Part shown: in pieces, positions 17,563 through 27,836 of the stretch
How positions within the stretch are numbered: position 1 is the first letter of the stretch
How the letters are laid out: each line of letters starts with the position of its first letter
Notes under the pieces: generated by a model
What the model saw: only the letters and a program-made list of their open reading frames with translations
The model's database searches: none
What the model was told of the DNA's origin: nothing
Source: a virus
Strand: one strand, 5' to 3'
IMG/VR virus record: IMGVR_UViG_3300027987_000212
Location: 32,001-96,000 of that record
Length of the DNA: 64,000 nucleotides
Translations under genes and position numbers: made by a program

Positions 17563-18179
17563 CCAAACAGCTCCTCACGCAGGCGGTCCCTGATGTGCTC
17601 AGCAGCTGCACGAGGCGTCACACCAACAGCCGCCTGAGTAACTCGCTGCACAGCCTTGTGCGCATCTTGAAAACGCCGCCGGGCGTCCTCCTCCCCAAGC
17701 TTGTCCAAGTGAGTGAGGCAGCTGACGAGTACCATTGCCGTCTTCACCCTCCCCGTCGGTTCGATGCGCAGCATGGACTTCATCATGTCGAGGCTGAGTG
17801 TGGCCATACCGTCCAGCAGCTTTCGCGGGATGTGCTCTACGTACGCTGCAGTCGCCTCCTCACGGGAGTTGAAGCCGAGGAAGACCTTGTACTCGTCAAA
17901 AGTCCCATCATCCTTCTTCTGCGTCACCCAATACGCTTGCCCAGCCTTCGCATTGGGCCCAAGGAAGACGTCCAAGCCATCACCATCTCCGCCAAGTGTC
18001 TTTGGAATGAAGCCGTAGTCGTACTTGTAGACCCGCTTCCAGGGAGTACCAGACGCATCGGTACCCTCCATCACAAACCCCTTGGGGCGGTCCACACAGA
18101 TGGGGATGCCTTGGAACTCGAGGCGCTTCTTGACGGTATCTGCCGAACAAGCCTTGCCCTGGTACGTACCGGTTGCCAC
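17559..18179 (-). CDS. Stand-alone inorganic pyrophosphatase-like domain (InPase of polyvalent proteins)
   Basis: GIPI...GTD.SG..W...YDYGFI..T.GGDGDGLDVFLG...Q...G.FDEYKVFLGF. Confidence 0.85.
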   Translation of the reverse strand: MATGTYQGKACSADTVKKRLEFQGIPICVDRPKGFVMEGTDASGTPWKRVYKYDYGFIPKTLGGDGDGLDVFLGPNAKAGQAYWVTQKKDDGTFDEYKVFLGFNSREEATAAYVEHIPRKLLDGMATLSLDMMKSMLRIEPTGRVKTAMVLVSCLTHLDKLGEEDARRRFQDAHKAVQRVTQAAVGVTPRAAAEHIRDRLREELFG

Positions 18180-18182
18180 AGC

Positions 18183-18755
18183 TCAGTCTACCAAAAGAGT
18201 GAGACGCCCGTCACGCAGCTCTTCACGCAACTGCTGCACTACACCAGCGTACCACCGCAGCAGCGACTTCCGGAAAGGCCACATCCAGAAGTACTCAGCT
18301 GAAGTGAAGTGGTGCAAGACGTAGTCTCGATATTCATCGTTGTCCAACACACGTACCCCGTACACTTGCACTAGCCCGCGCAACGACTCTGTATACGCTT
18401 CCTTCTCGAACTTGGCTCGGTAGAAGGCAAGCCCGCCTGGAAGTACGAAAAGGTAGAGCAGCCGAAACAGCAGCGACCCGTAGCGCCGCTCCTGTTCCAT
18501 GTGCACCATCTCGTGCCGAAGAGTCACTGCCCGCAACTTGCTGTCGCGCTTGTCCCACCCATCAGGTACGTACACAGTTGCGCCGATAGTTGTGACGAAC
18601 GAGGTCATGAACGACCGCATCAAACCGAATGTGATGATACGTAGTACGACATCGATGGTCTTCATGAGCCTGCTGGACCGCTTGGGCTTGACGCTCCCAC
18701 CATAGTGCTTCGCCATGTAGCCGAGCACATCACCATACTTCGTACTGAGTATCAT
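18183..18755 (-). CDS. Zincin-like metallopeptidase (HExxH; DUF4157-like)
   Basis: LRHEMVHMEQ followed by FEKEAY; hydrophobic segments. Confidence 0.7.
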   Translation of the reverse strand: MILSTKYGDVLGYMAKHYGGSVKPKRSSRLMKTIDVVLRIITFGLMRSFMTSFVTTIGATVYVPDGWDKRDSKLRAVTLRHEMVHMEQERRYGSLLFRLLYLFVLPGGLAFYRAKFEKEAYTESLRGLVQVYGVRVLDNDEYRDYVLHHFTSAEYFWMWPFRKSLLRWYAGVVQQLREELRDGRLTLLVD

Positions 18756-19132
18756 CGCTTGCTCCTACCGCGCATGTCGTCCCCCACCCCCTTCAAGAAC
18801 CGATTACGCACACTGGGGTCCTTCCGCAGCTGCTCGAGCTGAGCCCTCTGACCTTCCTCGTACTCGCGCACACGCTGGCTGTGCGCCCCGATTACCTGGT
18901 CATGCGCCTGGTCGCGGTCTGCCGCAGCTGCGGCTACCTCCTTGTCCCTCTCCTCTGCAGCCTCTCTCTGCACTTCTGCCGCACCCACTACCTCGGGGGC
19001 AACAACTGCAGGCGGTTGCCGGCGAAGGCGCAGGAAGAGCACCACCAGCCCCACAGGAAAGAGCACCACCAGGTACCAGTGCTTCTTCAGCCAAGGCTTG
19101 GCGAGCAAGCGCCACCATACCGCGAAGGGCAC
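18752..19132 (-). CDS. N-terminal TM plus coiled coil, i-spanin (Rz)-like candidate
   Basis: WYLVVLFPVGLVVLFL then charged helical periplasmic region; adjacent to holin-like gene. Confidence 0.6.
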   Translation of the reverse strand: MPFAVWWRLLAKPWLKKHWYLVVLFPVGLVVLFLRLRRQPPAVVAPEVVGAAEVQREAAEERDKEVAAAAADRDQAHDQVIGAHSQRVREYEEGQRAQLEQLRKDPSVRNRFLKGVGDDMRGRSKR

Positions 19133-19133
19133 C

Positions 19134-19535
19134 TCAAGCCTCCGGAGGGAGAATGGAGTCGCTCAAGCCCAGGCGCTTCACAGCAGCCTTGCGCACAAGC
19201 TTGTAGAGGAAGCTCGAGAACCACCCTACGCCACCCCCGAACATCACACAGACGACACCTGCCTCGTGCATGGGGCCAAATAGGTACTCATTGTGCGACA
19301 GCCCCGCCAGCATCCCGTACGCCACCGGAACAGCGTAAAGGACCACACCATTCCACCAACGAGACCACGTTGTCGCGTACATCGGTGCCGCCTCCAAGTC
19401 CGTCGCAGCCTGCCTGGACGATGGCACCAAGAGCTCGACTACCCTCCGGGTAAAGAACGTCGCAATGAAAACAGCAATCCCCAGTACGAACGTACCCGTA
19501 CGGAGTAGTACTTCCAGAATACCCAAGGCTTCCAT
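19134..19535 (-). CDS. Three-TM membrane protein, holin candidate
   Basis: ATG 19535 with AAGGAG SD; three hydrophobic helices; basic C-terminal tail. Confidence 0.6.
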   Translation of the reverse strand: MEALGILEVLLRTGTFVLGIAVFIATFFTRRVVELLVPSSRQAATDLEAAPMYATTWSRWWNGVVLYAVPVAYGMLAGLSHNEYLFGPMHEAGVVCVMFGGGVGWFSSFLYKLVRKAAVKRLGLSDSILPPEA

Positions 19536-19568
19536 GTGAACTCCTTCTAGTACCACTCTACCACGGCA

Positions 19569-22500
19569 TCAGGGGTAGGTCTTCCTCTGCGCAAACCAAC
19601 GTGGGGCTCCGATGGCGGTATCCTTCACCAATCTGAAAGAGAAGAAGTAGTACAAAGAACTGCCCGTGGCGTTACTGGTGGGTATGGTACTGTCCCCAGT
19701 TGCAAAGAAGAACGTATTTGACTCAAAGGCCACAGTGCAGTTAGACGCGCCGTTCTCCAACTCGATGAGCACGAGGAACTCATCACCAGCAACCGCCTCC
19801 GAGTCAAACCCTGCTGCCGTCTCAATAGTGATGGTACGCACTGTCGCACCAGCCCCTGTGCGAACGAGTTTGAACGGCTCCGTTCTCGGGTCTATCGACA
19901 CGGTGACCGTTGCTGCGACACTCTGAGTAGTCTGCGGGCGGTTCACTACACGTAGCGCTTGGCGACCGCCCAAGCAACGAATCCCACCGTCACCTTCTAG
20001 GTACCCGTTAACTGCATACTGCAGCAATCCGCCCGCATCTACCGCGGTACCGAACCCTCCCCACGCAAACGCAGCCCTACCTTGCTGCACCGTCAACGTG
20101 CTGCTCGAGGAAGAGTCAACCCGCGAGGACAGGAAGAGGGGCGGGTAACGCGGTACCTCCGAGTTTGGCACAGCCGTCAAGTACCCCTCATTCAACACCG
20201 TGAAGAAGTGCGGATGCTGCATAGGCGGGGTATCGCCGTGAAAGAACTGCGCACCATTCCTAACTACACCGCCAAGCCACATTGTCGGCTGCAGCCAGCG
20301 ATACGTCACAAACTGAATACTGGTGCCGAAGTCAGCATAGGTGGCAACATCAACGGGGGTCAGGTACGCACGCCTAGGCTGGCCGGGTACCAACGCGGCT
20401 ACCCTGAAGGTCCCCAAAAAGGTCCCCACAGTGTTCCACACTTCCAGTAAGTCGCACGTGCGGAAGCGAGTAGACCCTCCAGATTGGAAGTAGTCGTTGA
20501 CCCCCACCTCTATCGTAGCCTTGTCTGTGGCAGAGCTACCACTATCTGGGTTCAGCGACCCCTGGCTGTTCGTGGATAACCTAGTCCAGACCGCGCCCCC
20601 ATTTAAGGTAGATGCACGAATATCCCTTTTCGTAGCCTCAGCTACGAGAGGCCCAGTAGTAAACTCGAGAGCAGCCTCGTTGCTGTCGCCAACTGACAGC
20701 TGCTCCACCGTTTGGAAAAGCCCAGCCACTCCACCATAGCGACTGTTGGGCCAACCGGTACCGCTGCCGGTCTCATCCTGCTGCACGTGTATAGCGTAAG
20801 GACGCTTGAAGATATTGGGTGTTGAGCTGTTAATCCGCGGATACTTGAAGACACCGTGCCTGCCAAAGAAATTGGCGCCCTCGATGCTACCATCATCGAA
20901 CAACCTGCCTACGATATCCATCGCGCCACTGGAGGTCCAACCACCCCAACCAAAGGCACGCGTGTACGAGTCCAGCGTACTTCCGAGTGTTGGGGGCCCC
21001 GCATCAGTAGAGGTTGCGCCGAAGTTGCCCCCAGCCAGAAACACCGCTGTATCTCCCCGACGTTCGGCCCCGTCCCCAGTAAGCGGGCTAGGCGTAGTGA
21101 CCAGGAATGGGTGCATGCCGTAGGCTGTCTGCCCACCCCCGTTACCACCAAGTGCCACGGTCACTTGATGCCAATACACATAAACTGCCGTGGTTACCCC
21201 GGAGGGGAACACAGCGGTACTACTGGTCCCGCTAATCTCTAGTCGGACGACCCTAACCCGTGTGTTAGTGGGCCGTGTAGCAGCATCCACAGGTACGCGG
21301 AACATGCCGTAAGAGTCACCCGTAGCGACATTCACTACTTCAAGCAAGTCCATGTCACGCAAAGCGGACTTACCGCTCGCAGTGTGGAAGTCCCCGGCAG
21401 CCAATTCTATGGTGGCGCGCGCGTTATTTGACGTACCTGCGTCAGGATTGGCAGTCGCTGCCGCCGTAGGTGTAATGCGCGTGAACGTAGCATTACCCGC
21501 TAACGTTGACGCGCGCACATCTCGAGCAATAGCCTCCAGCACAAGCGGCCCCATATGGTGGCGCCCTTGCATCTTCTCATTCGTATCCCCGGTATTCGTG
21601 TGGTTTCGGTTGCGGTACAAACCAACTGATGGGTGCAGTGAAGCAGTAAGGCTACTAAACACTGCAGGCGGGTCACTCACTCGAAGCGCTGCAAACATGC
21701 CGTCCGGGGCAGTACTTCCGTAAGACACATCCTGCTGCTGCAACTCCACAGCCCGGCCATCTCGAATGATGAGTGAACCGCCGCCAGCAACGTTGAAGTC
21801 AGCTGTGGTAAAGCCAGCAGGTTGCGTAGTTGAACGTCGATAGCGCTCGTTGAGCCCAGAAGAAGCCAACGACCGAATAGTGGAATCGAAGGCGTCGTTC
21901 CACAATTGTCCTACGGAAGTCTCTGCGTGGAGTAACCGTAGAAGCTTACGTACCTCGTAGTTCACTTGATGCCCGTACAACAGGGGCGCCTCAAACAACG
22001 CCCCCAAGTACGTAGAAGACATCTCCTTGTAGTTCGTGCGAGTACCGTACACGATAGTGTACGTACCAGCAGGGATACTGGGGGAGAAGTCGAACGTCGG
22101 GCTATCGTAGAAGCCCTCCGCGGCCGTACCAACTACGTTCACTGAGGTGCCATCATGCAGCAGAGAACAGCGCACCTTGGAACCGCTGACCTCCAACTCA
22201 TTGCCCGCACTGTCCAGTACACGAATCAGTCTATCGCGGTTGTCTGCGGTATTCGCGGTACCGAACACACCAACATAGACCCAACCCGCAGCTGCATAAC
22301 TACTGACTGGCGCACCGCTAGTGGCGGTCACCTCCACCCTCTTCGGGATAGAGCGCATCACGACGTTATCTAGCTCATCGGTATTCTCTGCGAGAGCGTA
22401 CATCCCGCGGTTAACGGCACCACTTCGCCCCTTCTCCGAAAAAGCTACGAAGTACGTACCGTCATTCACCCCACCTGCCTTGATGGGGTCTACGACGGCA

Positions 22501-22619
22501 GGAACCCCCGCCCCGCCCACGGTGGCATCCGAGGGGGTGTTGAGTCGGTCGTACCCAGAAGATGGTACGGTGCCACCACCGGTAAAAAAGTACGGAGCAC
22601 TAGTTAACCTATGAAACAT
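19569..22619 (-). CDS. Tail fibre/structural protein (1016 aa) with internal tandem duplication
   Basis: G/T/S/A-rich; two copies of RD.RASTL...NPD.G...ATIE...DLLEV.N about 300 aa apart. Confidence 0.8.
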   Translation of the reverse strand: MFHRLTSAPYFFTGGGTVPSSGYDRLNTPSDATVGGAGVPAVVDPIKAGGVNDGTYFVAFSEKGRSGAVNRGMYALAENTDELDNVVMRSIPKRVEVTATSGAPVSSYAAAGWVYVGVFGTANTADNRDRLIRVLDSAGNELEVSGSKVRCSLLHDGTSVNVVGTAAEGFYDSPTFDFSPSIPAGTYTIVYGTRTNYKEMSSTYLGALFEAPLLYGHQVNYEVRKLLRLLHAETSVGQLWNDAFDSTIRSLASSGLNERYRRSTTQPAGFTTADFNVAGGGSLIIRDGRAVELQQQDVSYGSTAPDGMFAALRVSDPPAVFSSLTASLHPSVGLYRNRNHTNTGDTNEKMQGRHHMGPLVLEAIARDVRASTLAGNATFTRITPTAAATANPDAGTSNNARATIELAAGDFHTASGKSALRDMDLLEVVNVATGDSYGMFRVPVDAATRPTNTRVRVVRLEISGTSSTAVFPSGVTTAVYVYWHQVTVALGGNGGGQTAYGMHPFLVTTPSPLTGDGAERRGDTAVFLAGGNFGATSTDAGPPTLGSTLDSYTRAFGWGGWTSSGAMDIVGRLFDDGSIEGANFFGRHGVFKYPRINSSTPNIFKRPYAIHVQQDETGSGTGWPNSRYGGVAGLFQTVEQLSVGDSNEAALEFTTGPLVAEATKRDIRASTLNGGAVWTRLSTNSQGSLNPDSGSSATDKATIEVGVNDYFQSGGSTRFRTCDLLEVWNTVGTFLGTFRVAALVPGQPRRAYLTPVDVATYADFGTSIQFVTYRWLQPTMWLGGVVRNGAQFFHGDTPPMQHPHFFTVLNEGYLTAVPNSEVPRYPPLFLSSRVDSSSSSTLTVQQGRAAFAWGGFGTAVDAGGLLQYAVNGYLEGDGGIRCLGGRQALRVVNRPQTTQSVAATVTVSIDPRTEPFKLVRTGAGATVRTITIETAAGFDSEAVAGDEFLVLIELENGASNCTVAFESNTFFFATGDSTIPTSNATGSSLYYFFSFRLVKDTAIGAPRWFAQRKTYP

Positions 22620-22631
22620 TGTCGTGACCTT

Positions 22632-23252
22632 TCAGAACTGCAGCGTCCAGACAATCTCTACTGCGATAACCGGCGTCTTCGACAATGTATCGAAAGTCTC
22701 ATACGCAATGAGGGTGTTCTGGTAGTTGGCTATATCCGCATTGCTCGTTAGTAGCCCTACTTCTGACAACGGCACGCTGCTGTAGGTGTTGTAGCTTACC
22801 TCATCCTCGCTGAACACGCGTGTGTAGGTCACCTGACGGTCAACAGAGAAGTCTGGCGGAGCCTGAACCTGCCCCACCCAAACATCCCCAGCAAGTCCCG
22901 GATAGTTGGACTGCGACCCAGAGATGCGAACAGGGCGCTCGAGTGTGGTAACCAGCGGGTCGTCGTCTGTCTGGGTGTTGGTACCACTGTACGAAGGCAC
23001 CATGGGGGCAGCATTAGCGATGCCCAACGACGTCTGCGCAGTGCTACCTATGCCCACCCCCATGTACTTGATGCGCGCATTCTCTGAGGGGGTATCCGGA
23101 GAAAAGCTGCTGTACGAGAGTACCCGCGCTAGGTACGTCCGGCCTAGATTCAGCCAGATGTTGTGCCCTTCTCTCCGAGCAACAATCTTCCCACGCTCAC
23201 GCGCAGTGATGCGCACGTTCTGTTTGACTTCGATGTAATCTTGAAACATCAC
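22632..23252 (-). CDS. Baseplate/tail protein, paralog of next gene
   Basis: Shares EGHN.W...GR.YL, LERPVRISG and VPLSE.GL with 23260..23901. Confidence 0.75.
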   Translation of the reverse strand: MMFQDYIEVKQNVRITARERGKIVARREGHNIWLNLGRTYLARVLSYSSFSPDTPSENARIKYMGVGIGSTAQTSLGIANAAPMVPSYSGTNTQTDDDPLVTTLERPVRISGSQSNYPGLAGDVWVGQVQAPPDFSVDRQVTYTRVFSEDEVSYNTYSSVPLSEVGLLTSNADIANYQNTLIAYETFDTLSKTPVIAVEIVWTLQF

Positions 23253-23259
23253 ACACCTA

Positions 23260-23901
23260 CTAGAAGTTCACGGTCCACCCAATGGTGAGCTCGGAGGAAG
23301 AGTCGAATTGTATAGGCGTAAAGTTAACGTACGCCACAATGGCGTTGTAGGCTTCATGCACGTCTGCAGTACCCCCTACAACCAAACCAGCTTCACTCAA
23401 CGGCACGACACCGAAGGGAGCATACGCAACATCCCCTGCTCCGCCGGCAAGGACATGCCACACAGTGAAAGAACTAGTGGAAGGGTACGTAAAGAACGTC
23501 TTCGGGGGTAAGTGGTCCGTCAGCCACACGTCCGAAGCCGCCGCAGAGGCATACGGATTGGACCCACCACTTATGCGTACGGGACGCTCGAGCGTCCCAA
23601 TGGGGGGAGATACCGCAAGCTCGTGGTTGTACTCCTTACCACTAGTAGCGTTGGGGTCGAACCCCGCTGGGTAGGAGGTGTCTACCTGCGCGGGTACCGT
23701 GCCTTGCAGCACTCCGCCGACACCAAACTGCACATGCTTGAGGTGCGACCCGTACAACGTTGGCGTGTCCGGCTCTATCGTGTTCAGGGAACAGACACGG
23801 CGAAGGTAATCTCTACCAACATCTGTCCACGTATTGTGCCCTTCCCAACGGTAGGCTAGTTTGCCTTGCTGGCGAACTGTGATGAAGACGTTCGGTTTCA
23901 T
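23260..23901 (-). CDS. Baseplate/tail protein, paralog of previous gene
   Basis: Same shared motifs. Confidence 0.75.
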   Translation of the reverse strand: MKPNVFITVRQQGKLAYRWEGHNTWTDVGRDYLRRVCSLNTIEPDTPTLYGSHLKHVQFGVGGVLQGTVPAQVDTSYPAGFDPNATSGKEYNHELAVSPPIGTLERPVRISGGSNPYASAAASDVWLTDHLPPKTFFTYPSTSSFTVWHVLAGGAGDVAYAPFGVVPLSEAGLVVGGTADVHEAYNAIVAYVNFTPIQFDSSSELTIGWTVNF

Positions 23902-26900
23902 GGAGTGAACTCCACCACTGTCTTGCCGCAGATGACCCCTGCTGGCAACGGGTCATCGAAGGTAAGCCCAGTCAGTGTGACCTCCACCCACGCACGCACG
24001 TACGTCCAATCGGGACTGCGTGCACTGCCTCCGCCATGCCTTATCCGAACTGACAACACATCGGTGGCCACTACGGCCGTAGCTGGCGCCCACTGCACTT
24101 CTGCGTAGTCTGCCGTTGCAGTGAAGGCTTGCGTCGCTTGCACTGTCCCATTCACCGCTAAGGCCACCTCATAGTCGTCTGGGTCAGCTCCGGGCCCCCC
24201 GGCAATCAACACCAATACGCGCGCCACCGTGCCAACCGCGACGACCGTACCAGAATCAGTGATGGTCAGGACCAGGCCAGTAGAGCCCGCCACCACTGAA
24301 AGCGGCCCAGCATCCAAAGTACTAACTCGCTGGTACACGGTAGCGCCAACCCGAAAGCTAGCATCGGAAGGAGGGACCCCGCCCGCAAAGTTCTCGCAGA
24401 CAGCCACCTCAGCAGAGTCGAGGGGGCACAGCTGCTCTTGGTCGAAGGCCCACTCAATCGTACTGTCGGACGTCGGGAAGGTGGGTAGGGCCCCTCCCTG
24501 AGCAGTATCGAAGTAGTTCCAGTAGTCCCCGCCAGTGGCCTTCGCATCATCGAAGATGGCTGCACTGAAGGGTTGGCAAGGACTATCCACCAGTCGGAGG
24601 CTTGCCCTAACGTGCACAGTGTCCGCAACATCGACTTCAGTGACCTGCACTTGCTTAGACACCACGAAGAGCGGGTACGTGTACCGTGGCTTCAGCTGCA
24701 ATACGAAGTTGCGCGCAACTACAAGAGCCGCTACATCGAACGCGTTCGCATCGATGCGCACCAAGAATCGATGGAACTTCTCTACCTCTACGAGCAGCCC
24801 TTGGTTCAACAAGCCCTCGAACCACTTAGGCTCAGATACCCAGTCTTCAACTTCTACGCCTTGGATGAGCGGAGAAAACTGCGTAACGGTATCTCCTACC
24901 GCGTAGGGGACGCCCGTCGCTGGGTTAACCTCTACACTCAACGTTGTGGGGAACGTATACGAACGTACTATCTCCGCACGAGCAGTATCGCGAATCAGTA
25001 TCCGCCCATTCGTCGGCGAGAAGTCAGTACGAATCTCCTCGATGATACCCTCCTCCTCTGCGAAGGGCAGTCCCAGAAGAATCTGACTACCCACGCGCAG
25101 GTTGCGCAAAGAGGGCCCATTCGCATAGGCATACCAAAGTCCGCGTACTGCCGACAGGTAGTCGACATTCCCGGGCAGCTCCGACACCTGGTCCAAGGTG
25201 AGCCCCGCAGGAATGCCAAAGTACTCCTCGATGAGAGGGTTGTTGTTCAGGTAGGTGTACTCTGCCCACAACCGCAGCGGAGGGTCATCGGCATCCACCC
25301 AGACACTAGCACCGCCGTTCACTCCAGAGACAAAACGAATGCAAGGCGTACCACGGTACACCTCGATGAAGTAGTCTAGGTTGTTACGTAGCGTCGTAGC
25401 GTCGTCAGAGAGCTGGATGTCCTTCACCAACGTCGGGACATCGATGACTAGCTCATCTATCGGCACATAGGTGCGTCGCACCACCTTAGCTAGTCGAACT
25501 GCCCGGTCAGACCTATAGAACGCATCGCCAAGCGGTACTGGGTCAAACGGCACGGCGCCCGGTGCGCCTGCACAAGCACCCAACACCGTTGTGGCTACCA
25601 ACTCGCTAAACACCTGCGTCTGCGCAGCAGTACTGACTGTGTCAACAACCTCAAAGTACACGTCGTCACCGAACGACACCAGGCCAGCATAGAAGTCCAG
25701 CAGCTCTGATGTTGCGTACCCAGAAATCATCCAATCGCTGGATGTACTCAACGGAACATCCGCTTTCACCGTCACGCGCTGCTGAGGAATGGTATCCGTA
25801 GCATCGTCTACGACGGCAGCGATTCGATAAGCCACGCCGTCTACTACCAACAAGTCGTCTTCTTTAATACCTCTCCCTAGAAGACTGGTAGTAATGCGGT
25901 AGCTACGGGAGGTGAGTCGAGTACCTCCCGTACCCATCAAAATCTCACTAGTGCTGTCAGCTACGAACGCGGCACAAGTGCTACTAACTACGGAGAAGGG
26001 GAAAGGAGCATCGATACGCACCAGTTCAGTACTGTCACGTAGCGTTACTACCTGCACAGTGAACGCCGTACTCACTTCTGCAAGTCTATTACGCAGCTCA
26101 GCAGCAAACGTCGCTGCCGTGTACGGGTCAGTCCCCACGAAGTTGACGGTAGCCGTACTTAGTAGAGCCGTGCTCGACAACACAAAGCCCGTGCCCGCGA
26201 CACCAGCCAAACCAGCCAAAGGAAAACTAGTAGACTCCACACCACTGTAGATAATGCGTGTCTTAGTCAGTTCTGGTAATGGCTCGCCCAGCACCAAGTC
26301 GTAGTGCAGCCACCGTCGGATGAAGAAACGCTGCACATCCCGCAAGCTCTTCGAGAACTCGAGTTGCCACAGCGTAAACAACTCTGTCGCAGCAACCTGC
26401 GCGAGCGAACTCCAGAACACACTGAGTCGGTCCCGGTCTTCAACCATGTTCCAGAAATCTGACAGGTACGAGAAGATAAACGTGAGGTCCGGTGTGATGC
26501 CACGAGGCAGCGGTGACTCGACTACGTTCAGTACTGCGATGGACTCGGCGCTGTCTATCTGCCCATCATTGACGATTAACCCGAAGCGGTAGAAGCCCAG
26601 CACATCGGGCAGAAAGGTGCAACGCACCATATCTGCCGCATTCAACCCGTACTGGCGTAGAAGTTTGAAGGACTGCCCAGTGTAGTCATCTGGAATGGAC
26701 TCTGTAGCTATCAAAGCGTAGAAGCCGTTCCCATCCACACCAGTGGACACAACCTCGTAGGCAAGCCCTCCTATTGCCAGAACATCGCCAGCCTGAATAG
26801 CTTGTACTGCGTGGGCATTTCCTAGTTCGACGGAGTGCCACTTGTCTGTAAAGCCTGTGGGCACCGCTAATGGGTAGCTGTTGCCGTCATCCAACGCCTC

Positions 26901-27836
26901 GACAAACTCACTAGTACTTGGGCCATCCAACAGGCGCCAAGCGTACACAAGCGGCGCCCCTTCCGGGTCGAAGCTAGCACTGCCATCCAGACGCACAATG
27001 GAGCAAGCACGTACGGCTTGGTCGATACCAGCGTTTGCAACAGGCGGTAGATTTGGTACAACTGCCGCAGATGCCAGGCACCATTGGTCTACAGCAACAC
27101 GCGACGGTCGTGCCGTAGTACCCTTCACGCTCATCAGCGCCTGGTCGATTGGTGGGTACGTAGCGCTACTCGCGTCGATACTCGGTAAGACTGCCACGAG
27201 GGTCTGACCCACTGCACCTATATCCGCCGTCGGTGTGACGAACAGGAAGGCCGCACCAGTGTCCCCGTCTACGGCCAACCGGAACGTAGTGTACTGCCCG
27301 GTGACGATGAGGCTAGCGCTGTCCGGCAGCACCTGCACCGGCGTGTCTAGAATGAGCGTCCCGGTGTCATAGTGGACTGAACCGGTGTAGGCGATACCGG
27401 CCTGCGAGATGAACACACCAGCTACCGGCCCCAACGCGTCACTCGCACCAAAGAACACGTGGTTGTTAACTAGGTCAGTAAAGTCAGCTGGCAGTCGCTC
27501 AAACCGAACAGTCCACTCCATCGTCCACTTGTTGGGAATATCGGAGAAGGGTACTGCCGAGATACTCGCGACATCCGTTAGAAACCCGCTGTCCGAGAGG
27601 TCACCACTGAGTAAGCCCAGGTCACACGACCCAGAGCTTGTCGGGTACTCAAGAGGAAGTTGTTCTGCGGCACCTGTTGGCGTCGTGATTGGCGACTCCA
27701 ACACATACAACATACTGGCACAATGGGTGAAACAAAAGAGGTCGAACGGGCTTGGCTCAATCGACGTGACAAAACCTGTGTCGCTGCCACCCCATGGAGC
27801 GCCTCCATACGCACCAGCGCCGATACCACCAGGCAT
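23898..27836 (-). CDS. Large baseplate wedge-like protein with PKD/Ig domains (1312 aa)
   Basis: PPVANAGIDQ...RLDGSASFDPEGAPLVYAW PKD signature; structural operon context. Confidence 0.8.
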   Translation of the reverse strand: MPGGIGAGAYGGAPWGGSDTGFVTSIEPSPFDLFCFTHCASMLYVLESPITTPTGAAEQLPLEYPTSSGSCDLGLLSGDLSDSGFLTDVASISAVPFSDIPNKWTMEWTVRFERLPADFTDLVNNHVFFGASDALGPVAGVFISQAGIAYTGSVHYDTGTLILDTPVQVLPDSASLIVTGQYTTFRLAVDGDTGAAFLFVTPTADIGAVGQTLVAVLPSIDASSATYPPIDQALMSVKGTTARPSRVAVDQWCLASAAVVPNLPPVANAGIDQAVRACSIVRLDGSASFDPEGAPLVYAWRLLDGPSTSEFVEALDDGNSYPLAVPTGFTDKWHSVELGNAHAVQAIQAGDVLAIGGLAYEVVSTGVDGNGFYALIATESIPDDYTGQSFKLLRQYGLNAADMVRCTFLPDVLGFYRFGLIVNDGQIDSAESIAVLNVVESPLPRGITPDLTFIFSYLSDFWNMVEDRDRLSVFWSSLAQVAATELFTLWQLEFSKSLRDVQRFFIRRWLHYDLVLGEPLPELTKTRIIYSGVESTSFPLAGLAGVAGTGFVLSSTALLSTATVNFVGTDPYTAATFAAELRNRLAEVSTAFTVQVVTLRDSTELVRIDAPFPFSVVSSTCAAFVADSTSEILMGTGGTRLTSRSYRITTSLLGRGIKEDDLLVVDGVAYRIAAVVDDATDTIPQQRVTVKADVPLSTSSDWMISGYATSELLDFYAGLVSFGDDVYFEVVDTVSTAAQTQVFSELVATTVLGACAGAPGAVPFDPVPLGDAFYRSDRAVRLAKVVRRTYVPIDELVIDVPTLVKDIQLSDDATTLRNNLDYFIEVYRGTPCIRFVSGVNGGASVWVDADDPPLRLWAEYTYLNNNPLIEEYFGIPAGLTLDQVSELPGNVDYLSAVRGLWYAYANGPSLRNLRVGSQILLGLPFAEEEGIIEEIRTDFSPTNGRILIRDTARAEIVRSYTFPTTLSVEVNPATGVPYAVGDTVTQFSPLIQGVEVEDWVSEPKWFEGLLNQGLLVEVEKFHRFLVRIDANAFDVAALVVARNFVLQLKPRYTYPLFVVSKQVQVTEVDVADTVHVRASLRLVDSPCQPFSAAIFDDAKATGGDYWNYFDTAQGGALPTFPTSDSTIEWAFDQEQLCPLDSAEVAVCENFAGGVPPSDASFRVGATVYQRVSTLDAGPLSVVAGSTGLVLTITDSGTVVAVGTVARVLVLIAGGPGADPDDYEVALAVNGTVQATQAFTATADYAEVQWAPATAVVATDVLSVRIRHGGGSARSPDWTYVRAWVEVTLTGLTFDDPLPAGVICGKTVVEFTP

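Noticed and set aside
17202-18302. 366-aa + strand ORF and many other long alternative-frame ORFs
   Set aside because: Antisense shadows of well-supported genes in GC-rich DNA; no SD or motifs
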